Source: Hyphomicrobiales bacterium (GTDB lineage: Bacteria > Pseudomonadota > Alphaproteobacteria > Rhizobiales > Aestuariivirgaceae). From it: a stretch of DNA of 64,000 nucleotides. Positions 40,901-49,877 of the stretch are shown piece after piece. Position numbers and translations under genes: made by a program. Numbering within the stretch: position 1 is the first letter of the stretch; each line of letters opens with the position of its first letter. Where the stretch lies: the NCBI GenBank assembly GCA_026990765.1, contig JALXCV010000023.1:17829-81828 (forward strand), given 5' to 3'. Below the pieces are notes generated by a model, which was not told where the DNA came from, did not search any database, and saw only the letters and a list, made by a program, of their open reading frames with translations.

Positions 40901-42692
40901 TGATAATGGCGATGTTTTCCAATATACAGGTCCGCGAGGTTCGGTTCGGTTTGTTGTGACCGAAGGAGATGTTGCCCCTGGTTCATCATTCCCTACTATT
41001 CATGATGCCTCAATCCGAATCTTTGATGATGAAGGAAATGTTTATGGTGTTGAGTATATTGACAACTTTGCAGTTGAAGACATGCGTGTTTATATTCCAG
41101 AAGGGCCTTCCCACATTTACTTTGAAATTGGGGAGCGTTCATCAGAAGGTTATTATCAACTATCAGCCTTTACTGTGACCGATGACTTTGCTGGTGAAAG
41201 CTCAACAACTGGTGAGCTTTTGATTGGCGGAACTGTTTCAGGTCAACTGGAAACATATGGTGACGTAGATGCCTTTTCTGCCCGTTTTGTTGGCGGTGCC
41301 AGCTATGAAATAAACCGGCCAAATATTACAAACGCAGCCCACGGCACCTACTTGGCAATTATCGATCCTGAAACAGGTGAGGAAATAATCCGAACAGGTT
41401 CCAGTACCTTAAATTTCCAGACACCTCTGACAGGAAATGATAGCTATATGGATGTTCTTGTTGTCATAGGGCATAACAGATCAGTTGTACCCAATGAAAC
41501 ATCTGACTACACGGGTGCTTACATACTTGAGCTAAATGATACTACTCCGGATGATCATGGAAATGATGTTGCCGGATCAACCGCAATCGCACTCGGTGAA
41601 ACAGTAAATGCCTTTGCTGAAAAAATTAATGATATTGATGCCTTTACGGTTTCTGATCTGACCATCGGGGATGTATATCAAATCAATCTGGGAGTTGATG
41701 AAAGTGCAACTCTGCAAATGGTTTCAACTGCAGTCGATATACTTGACATTGATGGAATACCAATCTCAACAGTCGCAAGTGATGATAATGGTAATCTTGT
41801 GTATAATTTTGTTGCTCAAGAAACATCACAGACTTTCCTTATTCGCCCATTTGGCGGTCAGCGATTAGGTGGTGTTGAGTTTTCGGTAGATGCCGTAAAT
41901 ATTGCTCCAACCCTGGTTACAGGTTCTGCAATTGTTTCTACTGGTGAATCTGTTGACCTATCCGTGCTAATGGCCTTTTCTGATGAAAATGGAGATAGTA
42001 TTTCTCAGGTTGAGTTTAAAAACCTCTCGCCAAATCTTGGTAAACTGGTGGGGCCTGATAATCTACCTGTTGACGAGCTTAGTGTTACTACTAATGAGCA
42101 TGTTTCATTCCTGGCAGATCAGGAAAATGATGAAGCTCTGATTGTTGTTAGGGTCTATGATGGCACTGACTGGAGTGACTGGTGTGCTTTACCAGTCTCA
42201 GTCATTCGTGATGATATAGTCGATTTGCAAGGAGATGATCAGCCAAACAGTATCTTTGGGACATCTGGTGCAGACAATATATTTGGTTATCAGGGAAATG
42301 ACAGCCTTTATGGTGGTGCTGGTAATGATATCCTGGATGGCGGTAGCGGTATCAATAATATATATGGTGGACCGGGGTCTGATACCTTCAATTTCAGCTT
42401 TATGGATACAACCACCATTATTTCTGATTTTGAGACAGGCGTTGATTCTTTTGACTTCAGTGGTGTTAGGTCGCAAGCAGAAGCAGTATTTGTTGTGATG
42501 GGTGATGAGGCCTATGGATTGACAAATGAAATTAGTAGTGAATATCAATACACGAATCTAACATTGGATGTAGATCAAAACGGAAGTGATATGGAAGTTA
42601 CTACATATTATTCAAATACTTCTGTTTCTGAAGAATCTCTTATCACTTTTCAGGATGTCTCAATGTCAAATTTCGATTTTCATGATTTCTAG
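37986..42692 (+). CDS. Giant exoprotein: N-terminal M23 (LytM/lysostaphin-type) peptidase + multiple PPC-like domains + C-terminal RTX repeats
   Basis: ATG 37986 follows GGAGGAG. M23 motifs HYGYD (HxxxD), PVYATYAGTVV, GYGNVIAIKH and GAHLHFQM (HxH). At least 5-7 PPC-type motifs (EDVDNYTISL, GDLDYFRTNL, DDVDNFSFT, GDVDAFSARF, NDIDAFTVSDL). C-terminal GTSGADNIFGYQGNDSLYGGAGNDILDGGSG. Confidence 0.85.
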   Translation: MADIGFRSPVDSLISNFKNDISSGYAGNGWWRNFSRDFSDGTGIYNVHYGYDLNWTKNGGVNDDVGAPVYATYAGTVVRSQGGLSWNKGGNTGYGNVIAIKHDMSRFYDWDDYLDENGDQRFVYSEYEHMYDFDTNTNTVDYRAYSEDFFENILTEKTNEDGDTYTVGPEDLAGENHSISVDDTIGAFFGTRYGHSQQIGNIASSGASDGAHLHFQMWVGGKNDTKKDFNEGEEEGSIDAFVFIREHSFSDYESLAYRDLLPAFYGVVPPENEPTKLAHTLDIDNTTDNRNGSLNYYGRLYNDEDVDNYTISLDAGNYYFTLVEESLFRYENAAKGLQYGFSNLDIFYLDSFRSNHTQIAFFKLDERTDVNFSIGSTIDPSFFSTEDYRFSFRESPFQLENITLPNENTQNHPPALEFGGGGNQTPIIPSLPSQPPASGDVYVRSINREEHFSVGEEDSFSAGIGSGNSWVYRLTTLYAGDLDVSATLWGGAGATVSLARDNNRDGYIQSGEIIQQISLASVSSGTLGISESLSGSAERYLIVTSTGNGGASSEIRISAKLNDPGTGNGTPAVSNPPLPLPQDESSQSSPSSISDDGYSRFARIGISGDLDYFRTNLLEGGRSYSFTAMPSGSQALSDLRMFIYDSAGNYVSSASATPGNVAHFNVDIPTGNSQPYYTIEILGANGATGGYAISYLDTGAIVPPDDHPDGSFTPIAIGGTDTAYIGSADDVDNFSFTTAYGHQYTVTITPVAGTLAPLTYGRIAVSDTDGDMVVTRSVESASTFAVQFVAYEAGDFKLALDALRQATGQANISITDNGQVVYPAPTVAGATFEGNLTSQSSWTPISWSYDNFTPNGDVYDLFVSMGSEATIYVKENGNEYGGVDVQVFTQGGEIITPEYHGNYPGDGHEYTFSSSPDLGVFYKVLVSYSGNGNNTDFSYGIASVQTDDKPEIPNEIFTLDVNGIATGQIENYDNGDVFQYTGPRGSVRFVVTEGDVAPGSSFPTIHDASIRIFDDEGNVYGVEYIDNFAVEDMRVYIPEGPSHIYFEIGERSSEGYYQLSAFTVTDDFAGESSTTGELLIGGTVSGQLETYGDVDAFSARFVGGASYEINRPNITNAAHGTYLAIIDPETGEEIIRTGSSTLNFQTPLTGNDSYMDVLVVIGHNRSVVPNETSDYTGAYILELNDTTPDDHGNDVAGSTAIALGETVNAFAEKINDIDAFTVSDLTIGDVYQINLGVDESATLQMVSTAVDILDIDGIPISTVASDDNGNLVYNFVAQETSQTFLIRPFGGQRLGGVEFSVDAVNIAPTLVTGSAIVSTGESVDLSVLMAFSDENGDSISQVEFKNLSPNLGKLVGPDNLPVDELSVTTNEHVSFLADQENDEALIVVRVYDGTDWSDWCALPVSVIRDDIVDLQGDDQPNSIFGTSGADNIFGYQGNDSLYGGAGNDILDGGSGINNIYGGPGSDTFNFSFMDTTTIISDFETGVDSFDFSGVRSQAEAVFVVMGDEAYGLTNEISSEYQYTNLTLDVDQNGSDMEVTTYYSNTSVSEESLITFQDVSMSNFDFHDF

Positions 42693-43244
42693 TTTATTGG
42701 TATTAGACTTTGATGAGGTATTATTCTTTTGGTAGTCCCACGTGAAGTATTCACAACCCATTGATCTGACAAAATAAAACGGTATTTTGAAGTATAGGCT
42801 TTTGCAAGGAAAGTACAGCTTGGCTGGCATTTCCTTGCAATTTGCATTTGCTGATTTTATGTGATTCACTGCTCCAAAGAGCGAATTGGAGGGTGATATG
42901 AAGCCGAAGGAACCTGTATACACTGGCCAGAACGACATGTTTCGTTCGCGACTGGATCAGATTATCGATATGGGCCACGAAAAGGTGGTTTTGGTCGGGG
43001 CGATTGACTGGCAGTTTTTGTCAGAAAAATGTGGTGAGAACTACGACCCCAAACCCGGACATCCAGCGCTTTCGACGCGGCTGATGGCGGGGCTGCATAT
43101 TCTCAAATTTGCCGACAATCTGTCGGACGAAGAACTCTGCGCGCGTTGGGTGGAGAACCCGTATTACCAGTATTTTTGTGGCGAAGAGTTTTTCTGCCAT
43201 GAACTGCCATTTGATCGCTCATCCCTGACCCGCTGGCGCCAGCG

Positions 43245-43282
43245 CCCCTCTCGGTGATTGCTGCTCATTCACCTGCCGGGCA
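43245..43282 (+). repeat. 38-nt structured insert, copy 1 (CCCCTCTC - hairpin - TGCCGGGCA)
   Basis: CCCCTCTC GGTGATTGCTGCTCATTCACC TGCCGGGCA. Sits at the first frame break of the transposase and contains GGTGA/TCACC stem arms. Confidence 0.5.
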
Positions 43283-43774
43283 ACGATGGGCTAGGACCAG
43301 ATTGAAGCATTATTGGCCGAGAGCATGAACGTAGCCCTCAAGCTGGGGGCAGCAAAGCCGTCTGACTTCACCAAGGTGATTGTTGACACCACGGTTGCCG
43401 AAAAGAACATCACCTTCCCGACAGATGCCAAGCTTTGCCACAAGGCGCGCGAACGGCTGGTGAAAATGGCTAAAAAACACGACATCAAGCTGCGCCAAAC
43501 GTACAAGCGGGTCGGCAAATATGCCCTGATCATGTATGGGCGCTATGCCCATGCAAAGCAGTACAAGCGGGCCAGACGCCAGTTGAGGAGGCTCAAAACC
43601 TGGCTTGGCCGGACCATTCGTGACATTGGCCGCCAGATCAAAGGCAACGGCATGCTGGAAGACATCTTCCGGGCCGAATTGTGGAAGGCCGAACGGGTGC
43701 GCACCCAGAAACCACGTGATGACATCCCCAAAAAGATTTACTCTTTGCACGCGCCCGAGGTTGAGTGCATTCAC

Positions 43775-43810
43775 TGCCCGGCAAGCGATACAAAGTATCG
43801 CTGAGAGGGG
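43775..43810 (-). repeat. 36-nt structured insert, copy 2, inverted relative to copy 1
   Basis: The reverse complement reads CCCCTCTC AGCGATACTTTGTATCGCT TGCCGGGCA. Sits at the second frame break and contains a perfect 8-bp stem AGCGATAC/GTATCGCT. Confidence 0.5.
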
Positions 43811-44385
43811 GGAAGGCAAAGCCCACAAGCCTTATGAGTTCGGTGTCAAGGCTTCCATCGCCACCACGCTCAACCGTTGCAAGGGCGGCCAGTTCGCTGT
43901 TCATGCCAAAGCCCTGCCGGGAAACCCATATGACGGACACACGCTTGAAACCATCCTGCCACAGATCGAGGCTTTAACCGGCGGGGTTCTCAAGCGGGTT
44001 CTGGCAGATGCCGGATACAGAGGCCACAATGCCCGCCTTGAGCACAAGTTCAAGGTCTTTACCACTGGCCAGAAGCGGAGGGTAACGCCAGCCATCAAAC
44101 GAAAGATGAAACGGCGCGCCGCCGTCGAGCCGGTCATTGGCCATATCAAAAACGAACACAGAATGACCAAAAACTACCTCGCCCACAAGCACGGCGATGC
44201 CATCAACCCGATCCTGGCCGCCGCAGGATACAACTTCCACCTGCTCCTCAAATGGATCAGGTCTCTTTGGGCTGTTTTGCTGTGGGCTGCCTGGTCGTCA
44301 ATGTCGCTGAAATCTGCGTAAATCACGAGGGACTTGATAATAGATGCATCGCAGGATAAATTCCTATATCGGGTCTGGGCTACGT

Positions 44386-44901
44386 TCAGTCGCGTACCAG
44401 CTTTTTGATCGCTGCCACATCAAGGATTTCTGACTGGGCGTCTATAAGGAAATGTCGGGTTGGATTTGTGGTTTTCAGGATTATCCAGGGGGCGTTGACG
44501 CTTATTACTCCAGAAGAGCGCATTACTGTCATTTGGCCGGAATGATGGCTGCTGGAGGTGATATCTGCCGGGTTCAAGGTCAGGGGAGTTTTATGCAGTG
44601 AAGTTGTTATCTGCAAAATATCACCATTGCGGCTTATGGAAATTACATAGATATGGCGATAGTAAATTATGCCTGCAACTATCGACATGGCCATTATCAG
44701 CAAGCTGCCAGAAAATATCAAACGCTGGTTGAAGGGCTTTAACTGCCCGCCATCGGCAGGTGAAATCCCCCAGCTGTTGAAAATGGTAAAGGCGGCATAG
44801 ACAATGGCGATGCTGGCGAGCATCAGGACCCAAGATGCCAGCTTGACTTTCAGGGCCTGTTTCTTGTTGAGAACTATCAGTTTTCCGGGTCTGGCTGCCA
44901 T
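44386..44901 (-). CDS. Hypothetical membrane protein (two TM helices + C-terminal soluble domain)
   Basis: ORF 44386..44943; the start is either ATG 44901 or TTG 44943. Hydrophobic segments WVLMLASIAIVYAAFTIF and LIFSGSLLIMAMSIVAGIIYY. Same strand as, and directly downstream of, ycjF. No family recognised. Confidence 0.4.
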   Translation of the reverse strand: MAARPGKLIVLNKKQALKVKLASWVLMLASIAIVYAAFTIFNSWGISPADGGQLKPFNQRLIFSGSLLIMAMSIVAGIIYYRHIYVISISRNGDILQITTSLHKTPLTLNPADITSSSHHSGQMTVMRSSGVISVNAPWIILKTTNPTRHFLIDAQSEILDVAAIKKLVRD

Positions 44902-44993
44902 GGCAGGGGATTTTATAACATATCGGCTGTGGTTTGAAGCCAAAATGGCAACAATGCTGATTGCACGATTTGTTATGTGGTGCGGGCCTGACT

Positions 44994-46028
44994 CTAATCA
45001 TTTTTACCATCATCAAAGGAGATTACATTTTTCAGCTGTTCGGCAAGGCTGGGTCTGGTCATGTCTCGGAAGGGGATGGGGCGGGTAAGATCGAGGGCGG
45101 CAAGGCCTATTCTGGTGGTCAGTATTCCATTTACGGTGCCTTCGCCAAGGCGTGATGACAGGCGGCCCATCAGGCCTTTGCCGATTATTGACTGGACAAG
45201 GCCGTCAGTCAGGGCCAGACCGCCGGTTATCGCCAGGTGCGAGATTACCATGCGGCCCAGCTTCATGGTGCCGAATGTGCCGGGGCGGCCACCATATAAT
45301 GTGGCGAGGCGGCGCAACATCATCAGGTTCTGGGCGGCAACGAACAGAACGTCCAGCATGGCAGCAGGTGTGATGGCGGTGAGCACTGTTACCCTGCGCG
45401 AGGATGCGGCGATGATCCGGCCTGCCTGCTCATCAAGCGGTACAAGCAGATCGCGTTCGGCCAGATCAATGCGGTCAGCGGCATCGATAATATCCTTGTC
45501 ATGTTCTTTAAGTGCTGCCAGTCCCCATTGAGTATCGGGGCGGTTGGCATATAGTTTCTTCAATGATCTGATGACGCTGGCTGCGGTTTTTTCATCATTT
45601 TCATTGCGGGCCTTGCTGGCCAGATCGCGCAGGGTTGATAATTTGCGCAGGCGCATCAAGCCGAATGTTTCGCGCAGGAACAGGGCTGCTGCGGCAATCC
45701 CGGCAATGGATAACAGGGCAAATCCGGCCCAGCCAAGCATGGGGGAGCGGGCAAACAGTTCATCGATCAGCCGCATGAAGGTGACAGACAGCCACAGGGT
45801 GAACAGGGAAATACTGGCAGACAGGAACAGACCACCCCAGCGAAAGGTTTTTTCTATGGCTGCTTCTTCGGGCAGGCTGGTGGCAATGGGTTGTTCGGGG
45901 ATATCTTCTTCGATGATGATTTCAGGGGCAGGCATGGCCCTTGGTTTACGCGGCTTTTTGACTGGCTTTTGTTTGGGGGCCGGGTCCGGTTTGGCATCAA
46001 GCTTGAAGCTGGTGGGTTTTCTGGTCAT
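44994..46028 (-). CDS. ycjF: YcjF-family membrane protein (UPF0283/DUF697)
   Basis: 344 aa. Its ATG overlaps the ycjX stop (ATGA at 46025-46028). Basic, Pro-rich N-terminus, two or more TM helices (WGGLFLSASISLFTLWLSV, LGWAGFALLSIAGIAAAALFL) and a conserved C-terminal helical domain. Confidence 0.7.
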   Translation of the reverse strand: MTRKPTSFKLDAKPDPAPKQKPVKKPRKPRAMPAPEIIIEEDIPEQPIATSLPEEAAIEKTFRWGGLFLSASISLFTLWLSVTFMRLIDELFARSPMLGWAGFALLSIAGIAAAALFLRETFGLMRLRKLSTLRDLASKARNENDEKTAASVIRSLKKLYANRPDTQWGLAALKEHDKDIIDAADRIDLAERDLLVPLDEQAGRIIAASSRRVTVLTAITPAAMLDVLFVAAQNLMMLRRLATLYGGRPGTFGTMKLGRMVISHLAITGGLALTDGLVQSIIGKGLMGRLSSRLGEGTVNGILTTRIGLAALDLTRPIPFRDMTRPSLAEQLKNVISFDDGKND

Positions 46029-47479
46029 TTGAACTGGTCTCCGAGCAGGAATTCAATGGCCCGGTCAAGCCTTATATGCGGCAGGGACGGGGGCGGTTGC
46101 ATCGGTTTTGGTTCCTCCAGAACCGGTGGGCGAAAGCGGACAAATTTTATTGCCCCCTTTAATGAACCATCAAGTGCCTTTAGCGGATCAGCGGGCAAGT
46201 CTCCGGGAAAGATTGCCGCTTCGGTTTCACCGTCAAAGGTTTCACCATCTATGACTTCACCCTTTTGCGGAATGCCGGCGATGCAGGCCAGTTCCTCACC
46301 TTCAAATTCGACCCTGGCTTCGCGGGTGGCGCGAATGGCGGCTATGGCGGTAACATCAATTTCAGCCCCTGCATCCTGGGCGCTGCTGGCGGCCTGTTCG
46401 ATTGACAGGCGCAAGATGTCTTGCAACCGGTCATGGGATTCATGGTGCAGCATATCGGCTTTGGTGGCGGCAAACAGCACCTTGTCGATGCGTTTGGCAA
46501 AGATGGTGGACAGGATGGAATTTGATCCTTGCCGGAAACTGGCCAGCACGTCAGACAGGGCAGCGCGCAGATCGGTGATGGCAACAGGTCCGGCATTAAG
46601 GGCAGTAAGCGTATCGACCAGTACAATCTGGCGGTCAAGCCGGGCAAAGTGGTTTACATAAAACGGGCGGACAATATTGTCGATATAGGCGTTATAGCGG
46701 CGTTGCATCATGGCATGCAGGGAACCGGTAGTTGCCAGTGTGTCCGGGTCCAGTTGCAGCGGGGCAAAGGTTAAAAGCGGGGAGCCAAGCAGGTCACCGG
46801 GCATCAGGAAGCGGCCAGGGGGCAGGGTGGACAGGGCATAGGCATCCTCACGGCATGAGGCCAGATATTCTGTGAACAGCTTTGCCGCCTTGACGGCATC
46901 AAGCTCATCTGCCGGTTCTGCCGGTTCAAGCGTTTGGGTGAACTGGTGCCATTGTCTGGCCAGAGTATCGCGAGGTGGCTGGTTACTGGCTTTTATGGCA
47001 TTGGCCGACCATTGCTCATAGGACTGGTTGAGCAGGGGCAAATCCAGCAGCCATTCACCGGGATAATCGATTATGTCCAGATGCAGCTTGCCACCATGGA
47101 AATTGCGGGCGTAAAAGCCTTGCGGGCTATATTCGATAGTGATGCGTAGCTGCGACAGGCGGTGAGTGCTTTGCGGCCATTGCCGATCTTTGCCCAGCAG
47201 GTGTTTTAGATGGTCTTCATAGGCAAAGCGCGGCAGATCATCATCCGGCTGGGGTTCCAGATAAGCCCGCTTGATGGCACCTTTGGCTGATGCGGTAAAC
47301 ATTGGCAGGCGGCCATTATGGATCAGATTATGCACAAGGGCGGTGATGAATACAGTTTTGCCGGAACGTGACAGGCCGGTGACCCCCAGACGAATAGACG
47401 GGGTGACCATATCGCCGGTGAAATCAGCCAGATTGGAGAAAGCGATCCTGGCGCCGTCTGTGAGGTTGGACAGTTTCAT
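46025..47479 (-). CDS. ycjX: YcjX-family P-loop NTPase
   Basis: 484 aa. N-terminus IRLGVTGLSRSGKTVFITALVHNL (Walker A) and the length typical of YcjX. Paired with ycjF, as in enterobacteria. Confidence 0.8.
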   Translation of the reverse strand: MKLSNLTDGARIAFSNLADFTGDMVTPSIRLGVTGLSRSGKTVFITALVHNLIHNGRLPMFTASAKGAIKRAYLEPQPDDDLPRFAYEDHLKHLLGKDRQWPQSTHRLSQLRITIEYSPQGFYARNFHGGKLHLDIIDYPGEWLLDLPLLNQSYEQWSANAIKASNQPPRDTLARQWHQFTQTLEPAEPADELDAVKAAKLFTEYLASCREDAYALSTLPPGRFLMPGDLLGSPLLTFAPLQLDPDTLATTGSLHAMMQRRYNAYIDNIVRPFYVNHFARLDRQIVLVDTLTALNAGPVAITDLRAALSDVLASFRQGSNSILSTIFAKRIDKVLFAATKADMLHHESHDRLQDILRLSIEQAASSAQDAGAEIDVTAIAAIRATREARVEFEGEELACIAGIPQKGEVIDGETFDGETEAAIFPGDLPADPLKALDGSLKGAIKFVRFRPPVLEEPKPMQPPPSLPHIRLDRAIEFLLGDQFK

Positions 47480-47548
47480 GTGCCTGACCTGACCTGTTTG
47501 ATAAACTGATTCACCTATTCCCCCTAACTGTATGAATTACAATAATTA

Positions 47549-48058
47549 TTATAAATCCCGAGGGCGGATGAAATGTACTAGCGTACCGATGCCGGTTTGC
47601 AGATGCTTCCATTCGGGGATGTCAAACTCCAATACAGCAAGGGCGGCGGTCGGGAATTTTTCAGCCAGACGGGCGCGGGCCGAACTGCTGCCGGTAGCGG
47701 TCAGGTCTTTGGTTAGATATTCAAGGCTTGGATTATGGGCTACGATCATCAGGGGTGATGGTTGCTGTTTGCGGATGATATTGACCAGCTTGTGAGTGCC
47801 GCCAAAACTGTACAGATCGTCTGTTATATCAATTTGAGGTGAGGTAGACAGCTCTGGCAAAACCAGTTGCATTGTCTGCTGTGCCCGTTTGGCGCTGGAG
47901 CACATGACAAGAGCTGGATGCAAATCATGCTTTTCCATATAGCGACCGATTTGAGGTGCTGCCTTTTCACCGCGTTTTGACAGGGGGCGATCAAAATCAT
48001 CTTCGCCCGGACTGCTCCAGTCGGACTTGGCATGGCGTAGCAGAAACAGTTGCAGCAC
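47549..48058 (-). CDS. sixA: Phosphohistidine phosphatase SixA-like (histidine phosphatase superfamily)
   Basis: 169 aa with a GTG start. N-terminus LQLFLLRHAKSDW (catalytic RHA/RHG motif) and the downstream segment MIVAHNPSLE. Confidence 0.7.
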   Translation of the reverse strand: MLQLFLLRHAKSDWSSPGEDDFDRPLSKRGEKAAPQIGRYMEKHDLHPALVMCSSAKRAQQTMQLVLPELSTSPQIDITDDLYSFGGTHKLVNIIRKQQPSPLMIVAHNPSLEYLTKDLTATGSSSARARLAEKFPTAALAVLEFDIPEWKHLQTGIGTLVHFIRPRDL

Positions 48059-48061
48059 GGC

Positions 48062-48979
48062 TCAGGTTCCAATCTTGTTACGGTCAAAGGGAACGGTCTG
48101 ATACATTTCATTTATCCAGTTGCCAAACAACAGATGGGCATGGCTGCGCCAGCGATTTTCGGGCACGGAATTGGGATCATCATTTTGGAAATAATTTACC
48201 GGGATGGCAATGGATTTACCGGCATTGCGGTCGCGCCAATACTCCTCGGCCAGCGAGTTGCTGTCATATTCAAGATGGTTGAACATGTAGAGCGCGCGGT
48301 GGTCCGGGTCATGCACCAGACAAAGACCGGAAGCAGGAGATTCAATCAGCACTTCCAGATTGCTGTCTTTGGGCAAATCTTCAGTCCGCACTTCTGTCCA
48401 GCGGGATACCGGAATGGAGAAATCATCAGAAAATCCACGCAAGAAAGGGGATGATGGTTTCAGGTTATTATGGCGGTAAACCCCGAATGCCTTTTGTGAC
48501 AATTCATGTTTGGGAACACCATAAAAATGGTGGATGGCAGCCTGCGCACCCCAGCAGATATTGAAGGTGGAGTGAACATGGGTTCTGCTCCATTCAAATA
48601 TTTCTGTCAGTTCATCCCAGTAGGTGACCTGTTCAAAATCCAGAAGTTCTATCGGAGCGCCGGTGATGATGAAGCCATCAAATTTCTCATGTTTTATCTT
48701 CTGAAAATCCTGATAGAAGGCCAGCATATGTTCCTGTGAAGTGTTTTTGGACTTGTGCGAAGTCATCTTTATCAGGGTGAACTCGATCTGCAGCGGAGTG
48801 GCACCGGCAAGCCGGGCAATCTGGGTCTCGGTGCGGATCTTGTTGGGCATCAGGTTCAACAGGCCGATATGCAGGGCGCGGATATCCTGACGGGCCGCAG
48901 TCTTTTGCGACATTACCATCACGCCTTCTTGTTCAAGTATTTTGCGGGCGGGCAGGTTATCTGGAATTCTTATTGGCAT
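48062..48979 (-). CDS. metA: Homoserine O-acyltransferase (MetA family)
   Basis: 305 aa. The N-terminus [20 protein letters not shown], the [10 protein letters not shown] segment and the NICWGAQAA active-site Cys region are typical of MetA. Confidence 0.9.
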   Translation of the reverse strand: MPIRIPDNLPARKILEQEGVMVMSQKTAARQDIRALHIGLLNLMPNKIRTETQIARLAGATPLQIEFTLIKMTSHKSKNTSQEHMLAFYQDFQKIKHEKFDGFIITGAPIELLDFEQVTYWDELTEIFEWSRTHVHSTFNICWGAQAAIHHFYGVPKHELSQKAFGVYRHNNLKPSSPFLRGFSDDFSIPVSRWTEVRTEDLPKDSNLEVLIESPASGLCLVHDPDHRALYMFNHLEYDSNSLAEEYWRDRNAGKSIAIPVNYFQNDDPNSVPENRWRSHAHLLFGNWINEMYQTVPFDRNKIGT

Positions 48980-49013
48980 ATCAGGTCTCTATGTGGAGCT
49001 TTGCCGGAAAAAA

Positions 49014-49877
49014 TCAACTGTTGCTGATCGTGTCGGCTATAAGGGTAAGAAAATCATCTGCGGTCTTGATATCGGGTATGTCATCCATGGCAATGGTGAT
49101 ACCTTCAGTGGCGTTGATAATAGCCTCATAGCGAGGCATTCGATCATGCAATAATTGCTCAAACCCCCAAATGGCAAAATCATCAGGATCGACCTTGTCA
49201 TCATCGCTGATTGCATTTTGCTGTTTGTAGTTCTCCCAGCTGCTATCAAGGAATGAGGGCAGGTAATACATCGGTTTTGGGTCGCTGGCGAAACGGTCGG
49301 TCAGCATTCTGGCATGATCAGCCGTTCCCTTTATGTAGACAACAAGAGTATTGTCCCTAAGGGTTTGCAGCACTTCATCGTCCTGATTGTCAAAATCGAT
49401 GACTTCACAAACCGATCCGCCGGTGTCACAGAAAAAATGATCATAACCATATATGTCATGGGCGCGCTGAATGAATTGCGGAATGTCTTTCAGGGCGGCA
49501 ATTTCGGCCTTTCTGTGCCGGGCCTGACGGATTTTGTATTCATCAAAGCTCAAACCACCCTTGGCCGGGTTGCCGGGTTTGCCAAGATAGGTGGAAAGCG
49601 GGGCCAGATTTTCAAAGGTGATATTGGATGAAATATAGATAGAATCAGAGCGCAAAAGGTCGCGCAATAGCGGTACTTTCATGGCTTCACGCTTGAAATT
49701 GTCGACAATATGCTCACCCATATAGCGGGTGCCAATGCGGTAATCGACATTGTAGGTGAACCATTGCCGGGTTCGCAGCAGGTTGGAAAGGGTGGTTTTG
49801 CCAACACCTGACATACCGATGATGGTTATGGCCTTGTTGGGCCAGTTAAGAAACTGCTCGCGACTGGTGAATTTCAT
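49014..49877 (-). CDS. P-loop NTPase/kinase-like protein, function unknown
   Basis: 287 aa with Walker A GMSGVGKTT near the N-terminus. Upstream of, and co-oriented with, metA and sixA. Confidence 0.55.
   Translation of the reverse strand: MKFTSREQFLNWPNKAITIIGMSGVGKTTLSNLLRTRQWFTYNVDYRIGTRYMGEHIVDNFKREAMKVPLLRDLLRSDSIYISSNITFENLAPLSTYLGKPGNPAKGGLSFDEYKIRQARHRKAEIAALKDIPQFIQRAHDIYGYDHFFCDTGGSVCEVIDFDNQDDEVLQTLRDNTLVVYIKGTADHARMLTDRFASDPKPMYYLPSFLDSSWENYKQQNAISDDDKVDPDDFAIWGFEQLLHDRMPRYEAIINATEGITIAMDDIPDIKTADDFLTLIADTISNS

Larger units (their letters stand above)
42898..44321 (+). pseudogene. IS5-family (InsH-like N-terminal + DDE_Tnp_1) transposase, frameshifted
   Basis: N-terminal part is 42898-43257 (…ALSTRLMAGLHILKF..SDEELC…LTRWRQR). 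The middle is in another frame, 43298-43804 (QIEALLAES…VDTTVAEKNITFPTDAKL…IYSLHAPEVECI). The C-terminal part is in a third frame, about 43812-44321 (EGKAHKPYEFGVK…ADAGYRG…AVEPVIGHIKNEHRM). Confidence 0.8.
42733..44334 (+). mobile_element. IS5-family insertion sequence, decayed
   Basis: Tentative terminal inverted repeats AGTCCCACGTGA (42733-42744) and TCACGAGGGACT (44323-44334; 11/12 match as reverse complement). They enclose a DUF772 + DDE transposase reading frame split over three frames. No clear target-site duplication seen. Confidence 0.65.

Noticed and set aside
42802-42840. Perfect 11-bp inverted repeat TTGCAAGGAAA / TTTCCTTGCAA with a 17-nt loop, upstream of the transposase start. Initially considered as an IS end.
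   Set aside because: It lies inside the better-supported terminal inverted repeats (42733-42744 and 44323-44334). It is probably an IS-internal hairpin affecting the promoter or translation, not a boundary or an independent feature.
45061-46661. Plus-strand ORFs of 156-256 aa (45061..45531, 45544..46032, 45891..46661) opposite ycjF and ycjX.
   Set aside because: Their composition is Arg/Ser/Ala-rich, typical of the antisense frame of GC-richer genes. The minus-strand products have clear YcjX (Walker A) and YcjF features.
48980-49013. U-run plus AAAGCU just upstream of metA (minus strand reads …GAUUUUUUCCGGCAAAGCUCC…), reminiscent of SAM-II/SAM-V riboswitch core motifs found before metA or metX in alphaproteobacteria.
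   Set aside because: Only 34 nt separate metA from the upstream gene, which is too short for the full pseudoknot unless it overlaps coding sequence. I could not fold a convincing P1/P2. It would need cmsearch with the Rfam SAM-II and SAM-V models; a hit above the gathering threshold would revive it.
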